A stretch of 64,000 bases of DNA from Mytilus californianus (Eukaryota), in assembly GCF_021869535.1 (NCBI RefSeq), contig NW_026262637.1, positions 19,034,001 through 19,098,000 of the forward strand, read 5' to 3'. Both the position numbers and the translations under genes were made by a program. Shown here piece after piece: positions 53,001-64,000 of the stretch. Within the stretch, counting starts at the first letter, position 1; the number at the start of each line of letters is the position of its first letter. The notes under the pieces are model-generated. The model did no database searches, had not been told where the DNA came from, and saw only the letters and a list, made by a program, of their open reading frames with translations.

Positions 53001-56000
53001 TTTCATCTTGTCTCTCAGTTCATCTAGTTCTTGTTTGATTGGCGCTCTGAAGTAGTACTCTAGTTCAGTGAATTCTGGTATTATGTTTGGTTTGATACCC
53101 CCTTTGTTTATTATTCCTAAAAGATAATCTTTTATTTTACTAATCAGAGGACTCTATTTAATTAAAAGAGGGACGAAAGAATCCAGAGGGACAGTCAAAC
53201 TCACAGATCGAAAAAAAAACTGACAACGCCATGGCCAAAAATAAAAAGACAAACTGACAAATAATAGTACAGATGACACATAGAAAACTAAGCAACGCGA
53301 ACCCCACCAAAAACTGGGGGTGATCTCAGGTGCTCCGGAAGGGTAAGCAGATCCTGCTCCATATGTGGCACCCGTCGTGTTGCTTATGTTATTACAAATC
53401 CGGTAAATAGTCTAATTCGGTAGGTCACATTCGTGAAAAGGGAAGGGTATTGTAGTTACGACATAAGGAACATATCCGATATCATCTGTGAAACGGTTAT
53501 TCCATAACGGTCAACCAACTCGTGATGGCGTCCGTAAAATTTACGAAGTGATGATTTCAACTTCACCATTTGGAACTCTTGGTTTAATAGCTTCCTTGTG
53601 AGCAGCAATCCTCTAGTAAGGAAATCATGATAGGAAATACAAGCCCGGGAATATCGTATCAATTGGGAGATATATACTCCGTATGCAGGCGCTGCTGGAA
53701 TGTTGCTACATAGAAATGGAAATTTCACAATTGGGAAGCTGAAATCATCTTTTTTGTCGTAAAGTTTTGTTTTCAACCGATCCTCATTGTCAATTTCTAG
53801 ATGAAAGTCAAGATATGGGGCAGACTTAACTGTATCTGTAGTATCCTTTATCTCTAGTTCGATGGGATAGATTCGTTCAACATAGTCACTAAATTTTGTA
53901 TTATTTAGTGAGAGAACATCATCTATATAGCGGAACGTAGAGTTAAAGGATATTGCTAACTTCTTATCTTTCTTCCTAAGAAGTTCATGTATGAAGTCAG
54001 CCTCATAATAATAAAGAAACAAGTCGGCAAGAAGAGGGGCACAATTGGTTCCCATTGGAATTCCCACAGTCTGTTGAAAAACACGTCCTCCAAACGTAAC
54101 AAATATGTTGTCAATCAAGAAATCAAGCATCTTGAGGTGTAATACCACCATTGATTTTCCCCTATTAGTCTTTGTTAAATTTGCACTTTTCAAAAAATTG
54201 TGCAGAATTTATCTTTGTTTCAAATAAAGAAATACTTGGCATGAGTAAAGTTTGATCCTGTGCAGTACTATAGAAAAAATTTCACATAACATTTCATTGC
54301 ATATAAGAAAATAACCATCACTGGAAGTTAACCAATCAAATTTTCCCCCTTTTTTAACCTGTGTACAAGCTTTAGTAACCATGTAACCTCAAGTTTCCAA
54401 AATATTCTATAGAAACCCCAAATAAAAAAATAATGGTGCTTTGAAATACCCAAGATATATGTTTATGACCCAGAAATGTTTTACTGCAATGAAATGTTGG
54501 ATCAGTTACCTACAACTGTCAAATTCCAGGGAATATTTTTTTTCGACCTATTTTCGTATGCAACCGGATGTGACGTACTATGATTTGGTGGTATTACACC
54601 TAAAGAAGACTTTTTTGTTAAATAAACTGAATGTGACTTTTTTCCTTTGTAATACTGGTTATTTCAAGCATTCCTGTCAAGTTTTGTCATAATCAGTTCA
54701 ATAGTTTGAGAAAAATCTAGTATAATGTAAGACGACATCTACAGCGATTCGAGCTAAATTTCTTCGAAAAATCCAAACCAAGCCGCATCATGATATAATA
54801 TAGTGTGGACCAATAAATGATCAAATATTTATCTCATCTGCCTACAAACAGTTGAATATGATACAAAAGATGACTTTAGGATGATAAATACTACTAATGG
54901 ACCTCTTTGTCTTCCTTATAAGGTCTCTTTTGGTCCATTTATACCTCTCATTTCCTCAAAATTTCTACTTTATAGGCCAATAAATAAAAATTTGGGGGTA
55001 ACTTTCACTCATTTATGATAGAAATGTTATAATAAATGATTAATTGAAGTATTCAAGCTGAATGAACTATCCGTATAAAAGTTTACTGTCTCCAAGGAGG
55101 TTTCAATAAGTCCTTACGTAAAACTTAAATTTACGCCGCGTTCCAGAGAGGGACATAAAAAGCTTCTCTTTTGGTGAATAATTTGTTGTTACTGCTTTAA
55201 AAATAATTTCATTTACTTAAAACTATATATTTATTAAAGTATTACTTAGGAAAAATTTTCTAGTATAGCAGAATATAAGAAAAAAGGAGAAAAAGCTCCC
55301 CAAAACTCTAAGTATGGCTTATTCTGTCAACTAATATTCATGGTAAAGTCCTATTTCAAGGAAATTTTCTCATAAAATGTGTTTTGGAGACTCAATCCAC
55401 TCAGAATATTTCATTATTAGTAATATTTCACTTAAATAGCAAGAAATTTTAACACATGAGAGTACTCACAAGGTCAAAGGTGCATGTACAGCTTCCCATA
55501 ATAGGTGTAATACCACCATTGATTTTCCCCTATTAGTCTTTGTTAAATTTGCACTTTTCAAAAAATTGTGCAGAATTTATCTTTGTTTCAAATAAAGAAA
55601 TACTTGGCATGAGTAAAGTTTGATCCTGTGCAGTACTATAGAAAAAATTTCACATAACATTTCATTGCATATAAGAAAATAACCATCACTGGAAGTTAAC
55701 CAATCAAATTTTCCCCCTTTTTTAACCTGTGTACAAGCTTTAGTAACCATGTAACCTCAAGTTTCCAAAATATTCTATAGAAACCCCAAATAAAAAAATA
55801 ATGGTGCTTTGAAATACCCAAGATATATGTTTATGACCCAGAAATGTTTTACTGCAATGAAATGTTGGATCAGTTACCTACAACTGTCAAATTCCAGGGA
55901 ATATTTTTTTCGACCTATTTTCGTATGCAACCGGATGTGACGTACTATGATTTGGTGGTATTACACCTAAAGAAGACTTTTTTGTTAAATAAACTGAATG

Positions 56001-59000
56001 TGACTTTTTTCCTTTGTAATACTGGTTATTTCAAGCATTCCTGTCAAGTTTTGTCATAATCAGTTCAATAGTTTGAGAAAAATCTAGTATAATGTAAGAC
56101 GACATCTACAGCGATTCGAGCTAAATTTCTTCGAAAAATCCAAACCAAGCCGCATCATGATATAATATAGTGTGGACCAATAAATGATCAAATATTTATC
56201 TCATCTGCCTACAAACAGTTGAATATGATACAAAAGATGACTTTAGGATGATAAATACTACTAATGGACCTCTTTGTCTTCCTTATAAGGTCTCTTTTGG
56301 TCCATTTATACCTCTCATTTCCTCAAAATTTCTACTTTATAGGCCAATAAATAAAAATTTGGGGGTAACTTTCACTCATTTATGATAGAAATGTTATAAT
56401 AAATGATTAATTGAAGTATTCAAGCTGAATGAACTATCCGTATAAAAGTTTACTGTCTCCAAGGAGGTTTCAATAAGTCCTTACGTAAAACTTAAATTTA
56501 CGCCGCGTTCCAGAGAGGGACATAAAAAGCTTCTCTTTTGGTGAATAATTTGTTGTTACTGCTTTAAAAATAATTTCATTTACTTAAAACTATATATTTA
56601 TTAAAGTATTACTTAGGAAAAATTTTCTAGTATAGCAGAATATAAGAAAAAAGGAGAAAAAGCTCCCCAAAACTCTAAGTATGGCTTATTCTGTCAACTA
56701 ATATTCATGGTAAAGTCCTATTTCAAGGAAATTTTCTCATAAAATGTGTTTTGGAGACTCAATCCACTCAGAATATTTCATTATTAGTAATATTTCACTT
56801 AAATAGCAAGAAATTTTAACACATGAGAGTACTCACAAGGTCAAAGGTGCATGTACAGCTTCCCATAATAGGTGTAATACCACCATTGATTTTCCCCTAT
56901 TAGTCTTTGTTAAATTTGCACTTTTCAAAAAATTGTGCAGAATTTATCTTTGTTTCAAATAAAGAAATACTTGGCATGAGTAAAGTTTGATCCTGTGCAG
57001 TACTATAGAAAAAATTTCACATAACATTTCATTGCATATAAGAAAATAACCATCACTGGAAGTTAACCAATCAAATTTTCCCCCTTTTTTAACCTGTGTA
57101 CAAGCTTTAGTAACCATGTAACCTCAAGTTTCCAAAATATTCTATAGAAACCCCAAATAAAAAAATAATGGTGCTTTGAAATACCCAAGATATATGTTTA
57201 TGACCCAGAAATGTTTTACTGCAATGAAATGTTGGATCAGTTACCTACAACTGTCAAATTCCAGGGAATATTTTTTTTCGACCTATTTTCGTATGCAACC
57301 GGATGTGACGTACTATGATTTGGTGGTATTACACCTTGATAATGTCAGTTTCAGAGAATTTTTTGTTTGAATCAGAGTGATTCTTTACAAAGTAGGATTT
57401 ATCCCCCCAGCCCTCCCCCCCCCCCCCCCCCCCCCCCCAAGACAAGATACTTGTATCTACGTTCGCCATTCTTTTATCTTAAATATATTCAAATAAAAAC
57501 AAGATTATAAAACATAAACATTTTTCAAATACAGCTACCCTATTTGGCGTATATTAACTTCATTTGTCTGAAATTGAATTATCTCAAACAAACACATTTT
57601 ATTTTGCCAGTTTTTATGGACTCCCCCTTTTTGAATTTGCCTTGGAGTTCGGTATTTTTGTTATACTTTTTTACCTCAATGGAAATTAATTTAGAACAGG
57701 CAGTAGTACATGTTTGCAATATCTAAATATGTGATAGTAAAAAACAGGAATGTTATTTTACACTCCAAAGAAATAATTTCAATCGTATTAAATAAGAAAA
57801 ATGAAATCCTATTTGAATACATACATCAAGAAAAAAAGTATCGGAAAACTCCAAATGTATCGACAGGGTAGGCGTCTCCTTCCATTACTGCAGCACTTGC
57901 AATGCAAATTCAGATTCATTAAAGGTCGGGGTATACAATAGGACACAGATATTTACAGATCTGACAACCATACTCAGCGTCTTAATGCCAAATACCGCGA
58001 TAAAAACTTGCCTTTTGAGAGCCTCAGGCATATTTCATCAGTCAACAAATTTATGGGCATGATCCTTTTAAGGTAGCACTACAGTCAGACTTTTTTTATT
58101 CCAACCAACAGTATTTGAAGGTTAATTTCTCCAAAACTGCTCAATGGATTTTGAAAATCTATGATTAAAAGATATTTGTTATATGATCAATTAAAAAATA
58201 TAGCTCAATAACTGCCAAAAAGTGCTCTTTCAACTTGGAGGAAAAAAGCACATTCATGTCAAATCGTAGTAAAAATGTGTTTTCATCCCTTTAATTGACC
58301 ATACACAAACTACAAAACTGTGTCTCATATTTTTGATAAATGCCTCCAGTTAGAAGATATATTGATTTAACTGCTGGGTGCCATACCTCATTTCACCTTT
58401 CATCTTTTGAGACCTATAAATTCTTTCAGAAACAGATTATCCAAAAACTGGGACACAGTTTTGTACAAATTACTCCCTTGAATCACATATATCAAAAGAT
58501 ATAAGAAGATGTGGTATGAGTGCCAATGAGACAACTCTCCATCCAAGTCACAATTTGTAAAAGTAAATCATTATTGGTCAAAGTACGGCCTTCAACCCGG
58601 AGCTTTGGCTCACACCGAACAGCAAGCTATAAAGGGCCCAAAAAATTACTAGTGTAAAACCATTCAAACAGGAAAACCAACGGTCTAATCTATATAAAAA
58701 AACAAGAAACGAGAAACACTTATGAACCACATCAACTAACGACAATCACTGAAAATCAGATTTCTGACTTAGGACAGGTGCAAACAAATGCATCGGGTTT
58801 AAACGTTTTAATAGGAGCCAAACCAAAGGGGATACCAATAAAGTTTCTATTTTAATTTTTTGATAACAATTCTCATTAAAAATTGTTAGGAAAAAATCAA
58901 CTAAAAAAACTGAATACTCCCTTTGAACCCCTATAAATGCTATATAAATATCAAAACTCTTCTGGAAATACCCCAGGAGTGTTCTGACACTCTTACGTTA

Positions 59001-62000
59001 TCAATGGAACCCTAATTTAGCATTTGGCGGGAATTTTACGTCACAGATTTGACCAATATCTGTCAAGTAGTAATTAAATATGGTCAAAGCTCCTCCTCTG
59101 TCCAGACAGTCCAGACAGTCTAAGATAAGAGAATATGAAGAGTGACGAGCTGCATGATATCAATATTTAAACATTATATTCTCACGATGAAATAATAATT
59201 ATTATTCATATTTAAAACAAATATATGGTATTGTGGAATTAACTAGGACACAGAATGTGCAATACAAGATATATTCATACTACCTACTGTCCTCTACAAA
59301 ATAGAACAGTAAATTATAGTTGTTATGTAAAAAGTTTTACCACATTTTAAGAAAAAAATACACTACCACTACCATCCAGGTGATTTGTCTAGAATAAGGA
59401 TTGTTGTGAATGTCAACTTTTGCTGGTGTCAAATTCAGATACAAATTCTATTTGTCTTAGTAATAACATTTTGCAGAGGCTTTCAAACCTACTCTTGCAC
59501 ATTACTTTAGATTTTTCCCTCTACGTTTGTTCCTCTTTTACATTTTCTTTGTTTACCTTCATAGTTATATAAATTACTTTTAATTGCAACATAATAAGAT
59601 AAGTCCACAGTATTTATCTTGTGTCAGATATCAACAGCTGGACACTTGATATCAACAGATGATTGAAAGATAAGCTCCTCCCTTATCCTCTTATATGTAA
59701 AATATTTACCATGTGCTTTTATTTACATAATTTAATTATCAATGTATTCCCTGTTGTGACATGATAATGACTCTGGGATTTTTACAAAATGTTCAGATGG
59801 ACAAATATTTTAAAATGCTGTGATACCAAAATTCACTAAAAATTGTTACAAGACTGTAGTGCTACCTTAATTTGTGTAGTGTCGCTTTTAGAAACCTTCC
59901 TCGTTACTCTGCTGAGGGAGTTTTAGTGTTTGGAGCACAAACCTGTTTTATTTAAGTCCATATGATATTGTGAACATGCAACGGCGTAGCGTATCAATTT
60001 AGATAGGTAAAGATTGTAAGATAAATTGATTGGGTATGTTACTACTAAGAAGTGGGGAAAACTGAAATCGCAACGTCTGTCATAGATTAACGTTTGAAGT
60101 GGTCCATCTGTGACAATAACAAGTATAAGATCCAGATACGAAGAAGATGGGCTATTTCGGTAATATCCTTACTACCTAATTGTCAATTTTGAGGATGCAA
60201 ATTAGTACAATAATTAGTATTCAGTCCCCTGAAATACATGTTTGAAGGCATATAACTGAGGCCAAAGTTGATGCAGTATATGAGGACAAAGTATCTTTTA
60301 CATTTCGGTTTATTTTATCAATGTTCCTGGCTATTTTTGGCTTACTTAAATTGCATGGTTCCGATATTATTTGCTCCCTGTTTCTTCATTTACCATATAA
60401 ATTGTCATATTGTCCTAAAAATTACATTCAGTCACCTGATCAGGTATCAATCATAATCAAAGGGAGAAAAGTTATCACAATTTCTTGTAGACAACTTTGG
60501 CGCAAAATTATTGTTTTCTTTATTCAAACTATACCTAAAAGCAAATGACATAGGATTATACTAGTTACATAACACCTTTGTCGAATTGATCTAGTACAAA
60601 CGTAAGGAAGTCCCCGGACAAAACACAAGTGAGTTACATTTTCTAATTGTTGTATTCAGCCATACAATCCTTAATTCAAGGGTGAGCATGCTGATTTTCA
60701 AAGAATTAATGTAGTTTTTTGATAGGTATAATTTACATTTTTCAACGTTTGCATTTTAAGGTTGAAAATGTTCCATTGATATCGTATTGAAACCAGTATT
60801 GAATTAAACTGGAAACACATATCAATTGATTAAATGCTTGAAATTCATATATTTATGCCATTTGAACAGTGATTTAACCTCTGATTTCCCCGTTGACTGT
60901 CCAAGGTCAAACCTCATTTTTGTTGTGACCTTTTTCAAAATTTTGAAAAATACTTTGCATCAAAGCAATGTTGTTGTTGTTATCAATAGAGAAAAAATTG
61001 ATTTAATTTAAACAAAATTTTGGACTCCATTATGTTTCAATCATTGAATTTTTTCTCAATCTAAGGAAAAATTCCATTTTTGTTCGATAGAAAGACTAGA
61101 TATCCAGATCTGGATGTATAGTTATAATGATCCGACAATACAAGCGTAAAAGACGTACGTTTTGACTACTTTTTTTGAAACCTTATATTTGGATGAGTTC
61201 CTGTACCGAGAAGTTTCATCGACGTCGTTATGTGTTAAATAATGAAATTATATCGTAACTCATCATAGTTAACGGTAACAGTAAAACATACAGGTCAACC
61301 TTCTTTGAAGTAGGTCATAGACAAGGTTTCAAAAGATGCTTCATTGTCACGTTTATCGTCCTCATCGGTCTTATCTGCATGCCTGTTGAACTGTCCAACC
61401 GAATATGCAATTTTCTGCTTGGAAATTGCAGATATGTCACTATCATTACTATTGTTATCATTTATGCATAAATCAACAGAAAACCTGCTGCTTTGTTTGT
61501 ACGTTTTCCGCGAAAGAGCAACTTTGACATAATGCATACAGTGATTTCAAGGGATGGAATAGTAGTTGTTTTTGTAATGTACTCTTTAAACATTTATACA
61601 CGTTAAAGATATTGCATATGAACTATATTCCATTTTTTCGTACTTAATATAGAGTAGCAGGGATATTGACTGACCAGGATTTCATAATTACCTTAATATG
61701 ACAATTCACATGACCAATAACTACGACAATAAAACTATATATATACATATATAATTATGGCCCCGTCGTTAATGTTCAAAACTAGTAAAGATTGTGTGTC
61801 TTCAATGTTTTTGTTATTGTCGGATGATCATTACTATTATAAAGACTTGAAGGTCAATATAATCTAAAATCTCGAACTGTTGACGAAATTATTCACAGTA
61901 AGATAGCTTTCATTCAAAAAGTATGTAAATTGCTCTGTATGCAACATCGTTCTTTTAAAAAACACCTATACAGATTTCAAAATCCTATCATTGAATATAT

Positions 62001-63564
62001 TTCTGCGTTTCTCAACTTTACCATTTAAATTCGTAGGGCAGAATTAACAATAAACATTGTTTTTTTCCAAATTGGACATTAAGCATGTTGAGTGAATATC
62101 TTTTACAAGTTTCAATTTATCAATTTTGATACCATGAGCTCTCCATGTAGGTTTCATCTGTTGCCTTAAGCAAGACACATTCTGGTAGCATAATACCGCT
62201 GCATCAAGGGCGTTAACTCCTTCCCATGGGTAGGCTGCAGCGTGCGCAGCTTTCCCTGTGTATTTGATAGTAACCCTGCAATCAAAATAACACAGCTTAG
62301 GAAACAAAATTTCAAAAAGTAATCAGAACATTAGGAAAGATGGATTACGTCATTTGGTTGGGTTTTAAAAAATAATATTTACCAATAATGTTATAATGAG
62401 AGTGTGGGCTTTAGTAGATCACAATGCTTTTTTTGTACATGTCTTGTCGTTTCTTAACACTTTCATATTCCATTTTTTAAAATGAAAATAGATATTCCGC
62501 GACAATAATGTTTTTGTTTTCTGTTTTATTCATTTGTTTTCTATTAACGGATTTTGTTTAGAATATTTGCCTATCAATATTATATTATAGATCAATGTTG
62601 ATATAAATAAAACACATACGTATCAACAGCTGCAAAAGAACCATGGGATACAGTCTTTGGGCATGGATGAACCATCATGGCTACATCAATATCGTCAAAG
62701 ACACCAGCATTTATCATGTCAATTTTACCTCCACCTCCCTCCTCAGCAGGGGTTCCTAAAACAGTTATCTGAAAAAGAATATGATTGATCGAAAACCATG
62801 CATACAAAGTCATTTTAGTAATGTGTTGACAAGTGGTTTAATGGAATGGTGCTTCACTCAGATGTTATTACAATACAATTTTTCTTTCTTAGACGGAAAT
62901 GTTTAAGACTTCTGCAAGCTTTGAAGTTGATTGAATGATAAAAACAAACAATAAATAAAGATACCAAGGAGGAAATTAAAATTCGTATTTCAATTTTGTT
63001 TTAGTAATACGCATATGATGAATCGAAGTAATTCAGATGTAATTTTAAAGTATTACCAGTAGTTTGATGTCACTGCTGGTGAGATACAAGCTATCCAAAA
63101 AACTATCCTTTACGCAATCTTAGGCTTGGTTTTGCAGTCTAATTTTGTCTTTGTGATTCCCTCATGTACATTAATCTAAACATAACGGTTTAGCCTACCT
63201 TGCCAAATGGTTTTTCTGCTTTCTCCAATGCTGCTTTTATTCCGAGACCAGCGGCAACACCAGCTTCAGAAATCAAATTATGTCCGCATGCATGTCCGAT
63301 CTCCGGTAACGCATCGTATTCACAAATAACTGCAATGTTGGGTCCATTATCTGTGGAGCCTAGATCCGCTTTAAATGCAGTCTCTATCGCAAATTTCTTT
63401 CTGACATTGAAGCCCTTACGTTCAAGAAAATTGGTTAATATTTCATGCGCATGATGTTCCTCAAAGTTCAGTTCTGGATTTCGCCATATATCTGTGCTCA
63501 GCTTTCCCAGTTCTTCTGACGCCTCATCAATTGCTTGAAATATTGACTGTTTTAATAAATCCAT
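50010..63564 (-). CDS. PM20D2: PM20D2-like peptidase M20D, copy E, intact, 394 aa, with a 9-kb intron 3
   Basis: Exons are 63564-63199, 62768-62620, 62275-62133, 53116-52962, 52137-51903 and 50146-50010 (same sizes as A and D). All introns are GT-AG and there is no stop. Confidence 0.92.
53165..57478 (-). mobile_element. 5'-truncated Naiad-type PLE (RT plus 3' UTR) in intron 3 of copy E, split by a 3.2-kb insertion
   Basis: The RT frame is open from 54135 to the stop at 53456 ([14 protein letters not shown]). It continues across the insertion at 57336-57478 ([13 protein letters not shown]...[22 protein letters not shown]). The 3' end lies ~47 nt from the exon-4 acceptor. Confidence 0.9.
54136..57335. 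mobile_element. Composite array of three ~465-bp Kolobok-like MITEs separated by two 903-bp spacers
   Basis: 15-bp TIR ggtgtaataccacca...tggtggtattacacc. MITEs are 54136-54600, 55504-55967 and 56871-57335. The outer TSD is ttga (54132-35 and 57336-39). GG termini with a TTAA-like 4-bp TSD suggest Kolobok, which is an inference. Confidence 0.88.
58072..59866. mobile_element. Non-autonomous Kolobok-like DNA transposon (1795 bp), TTAA target duplication
   Basis: 15-bp TIR ggtagcactacagtc / gactgtagtgctacc, with ttaa at 58068-71 and 59867-70. It contains a nested interspersed repeat at ~58495-58825 and no transposase ORF. Confidence 0.85.
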
Positions 63565-63894
63565 TTAATCAATACCAAAGGAAACCAATGCATAAGCTGA
63601 GTGTCATATATTATATTTTGCTTGTGATAGACGTGAAGTTAGAAAATATTTATACCACCCACTTAAAAAAGTACAGGTTTACATTTATCTGAGGTCAATG
63701 ATACACGTACGATTTATGATAAACCTTCGTCATTTACCTTACCTTGTCGTTAAAAATATGATTTTGAATGCACTTTGTCCGAATTTAAAATTTCAGATAA
63801 TTAATGAACCAATTATCTAATAGTGTGCTAACATAGAAAAATAACTGTGATTTAAAAACGCTTTGTGCGGAAACAGTATAAATTAGGATCTTTG

Positions 63895-64000
63895 GTGAGG
63901 TTTTTTTCAACCGCTGGGTCGATACCACTGCTGGTAGAGGTTTTCCCCCGAGGGTACAAATAGCCTTGTAGTCAGCAATTCTGTGTTGACATGAATTTTC
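63895..64000 (+). mobile_element. Fragment of the retrozyme-like repeat family, running off the window end
   Basis: gtcgataccactgctggt...ccccgagggta...gtagtcagc...tgacatg resembles 10058-10115. Confidence 0.5.

Noticed and set aside
54136-54193. N-terminus ([20 protein letters not shown]) of the 245-aa ORF as a real start or fusion protein
   Set aside because: These residues are read from the MITE terminus. The true RT frame continues at 57336 on the far side of the insertion.
61295-61537. 80-aa acidic ORF in intron 3 of copy E as a nested gene or captured exon
   Set aside because: There is no recognisable motif, an in-frame stop lies four codons upstream, and there are no partner exons. 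A homology search would be needed to revisit it.

Overview
This is AT-rich eukaryotic DNA. The repeat content looks bivalve- or mussel-like, which is an inference. The window holds a tandem cluster of five 6-exon peptidase-M20D genes of the PM20D2 type, all on the minus strand and reconstructed by hand from GT-AG boundaries. Copies A (2202-8223), D (34045-42294) and E (50010-63564) each splice to an intact 1185-nt CDS (394 aa). Copy B (12612-21431) has a nonsense codon and a +1 frameshift. Copy C (24144-30349) is a heavily decayed pseudogene. A+B and C+D are two copies of a ~20-kb segmental duplication, and each copy has lost a different gene. The rest is mostly mobile DNA: Naiad-type Penelope-like retroelements (PLEs; GIY-YIG upstream of the RT), minimal type-I hammerhead ribozyme motifs and retrozyme-like repeats, Tc1/mariner-like MITEs, Kolobok-like TIR elements, a tRNA-SINE and a Helentron-associated element. 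The most unusual structure is a 3.2-kb MITE-spacer-MITE-spacer-MITE array (54136-57335). It sits inside a PLE RT gene between a single 4-bp target-site duplication, like a composite transposon. I see no evidence for a wholly new protein-coding system. The best leads are the composite transposon, the hammerhead/PLE chimeras and the birth-and-death of the PM20D2 cluster. All coordinates and comparisons were done by eye, without alignment tools.
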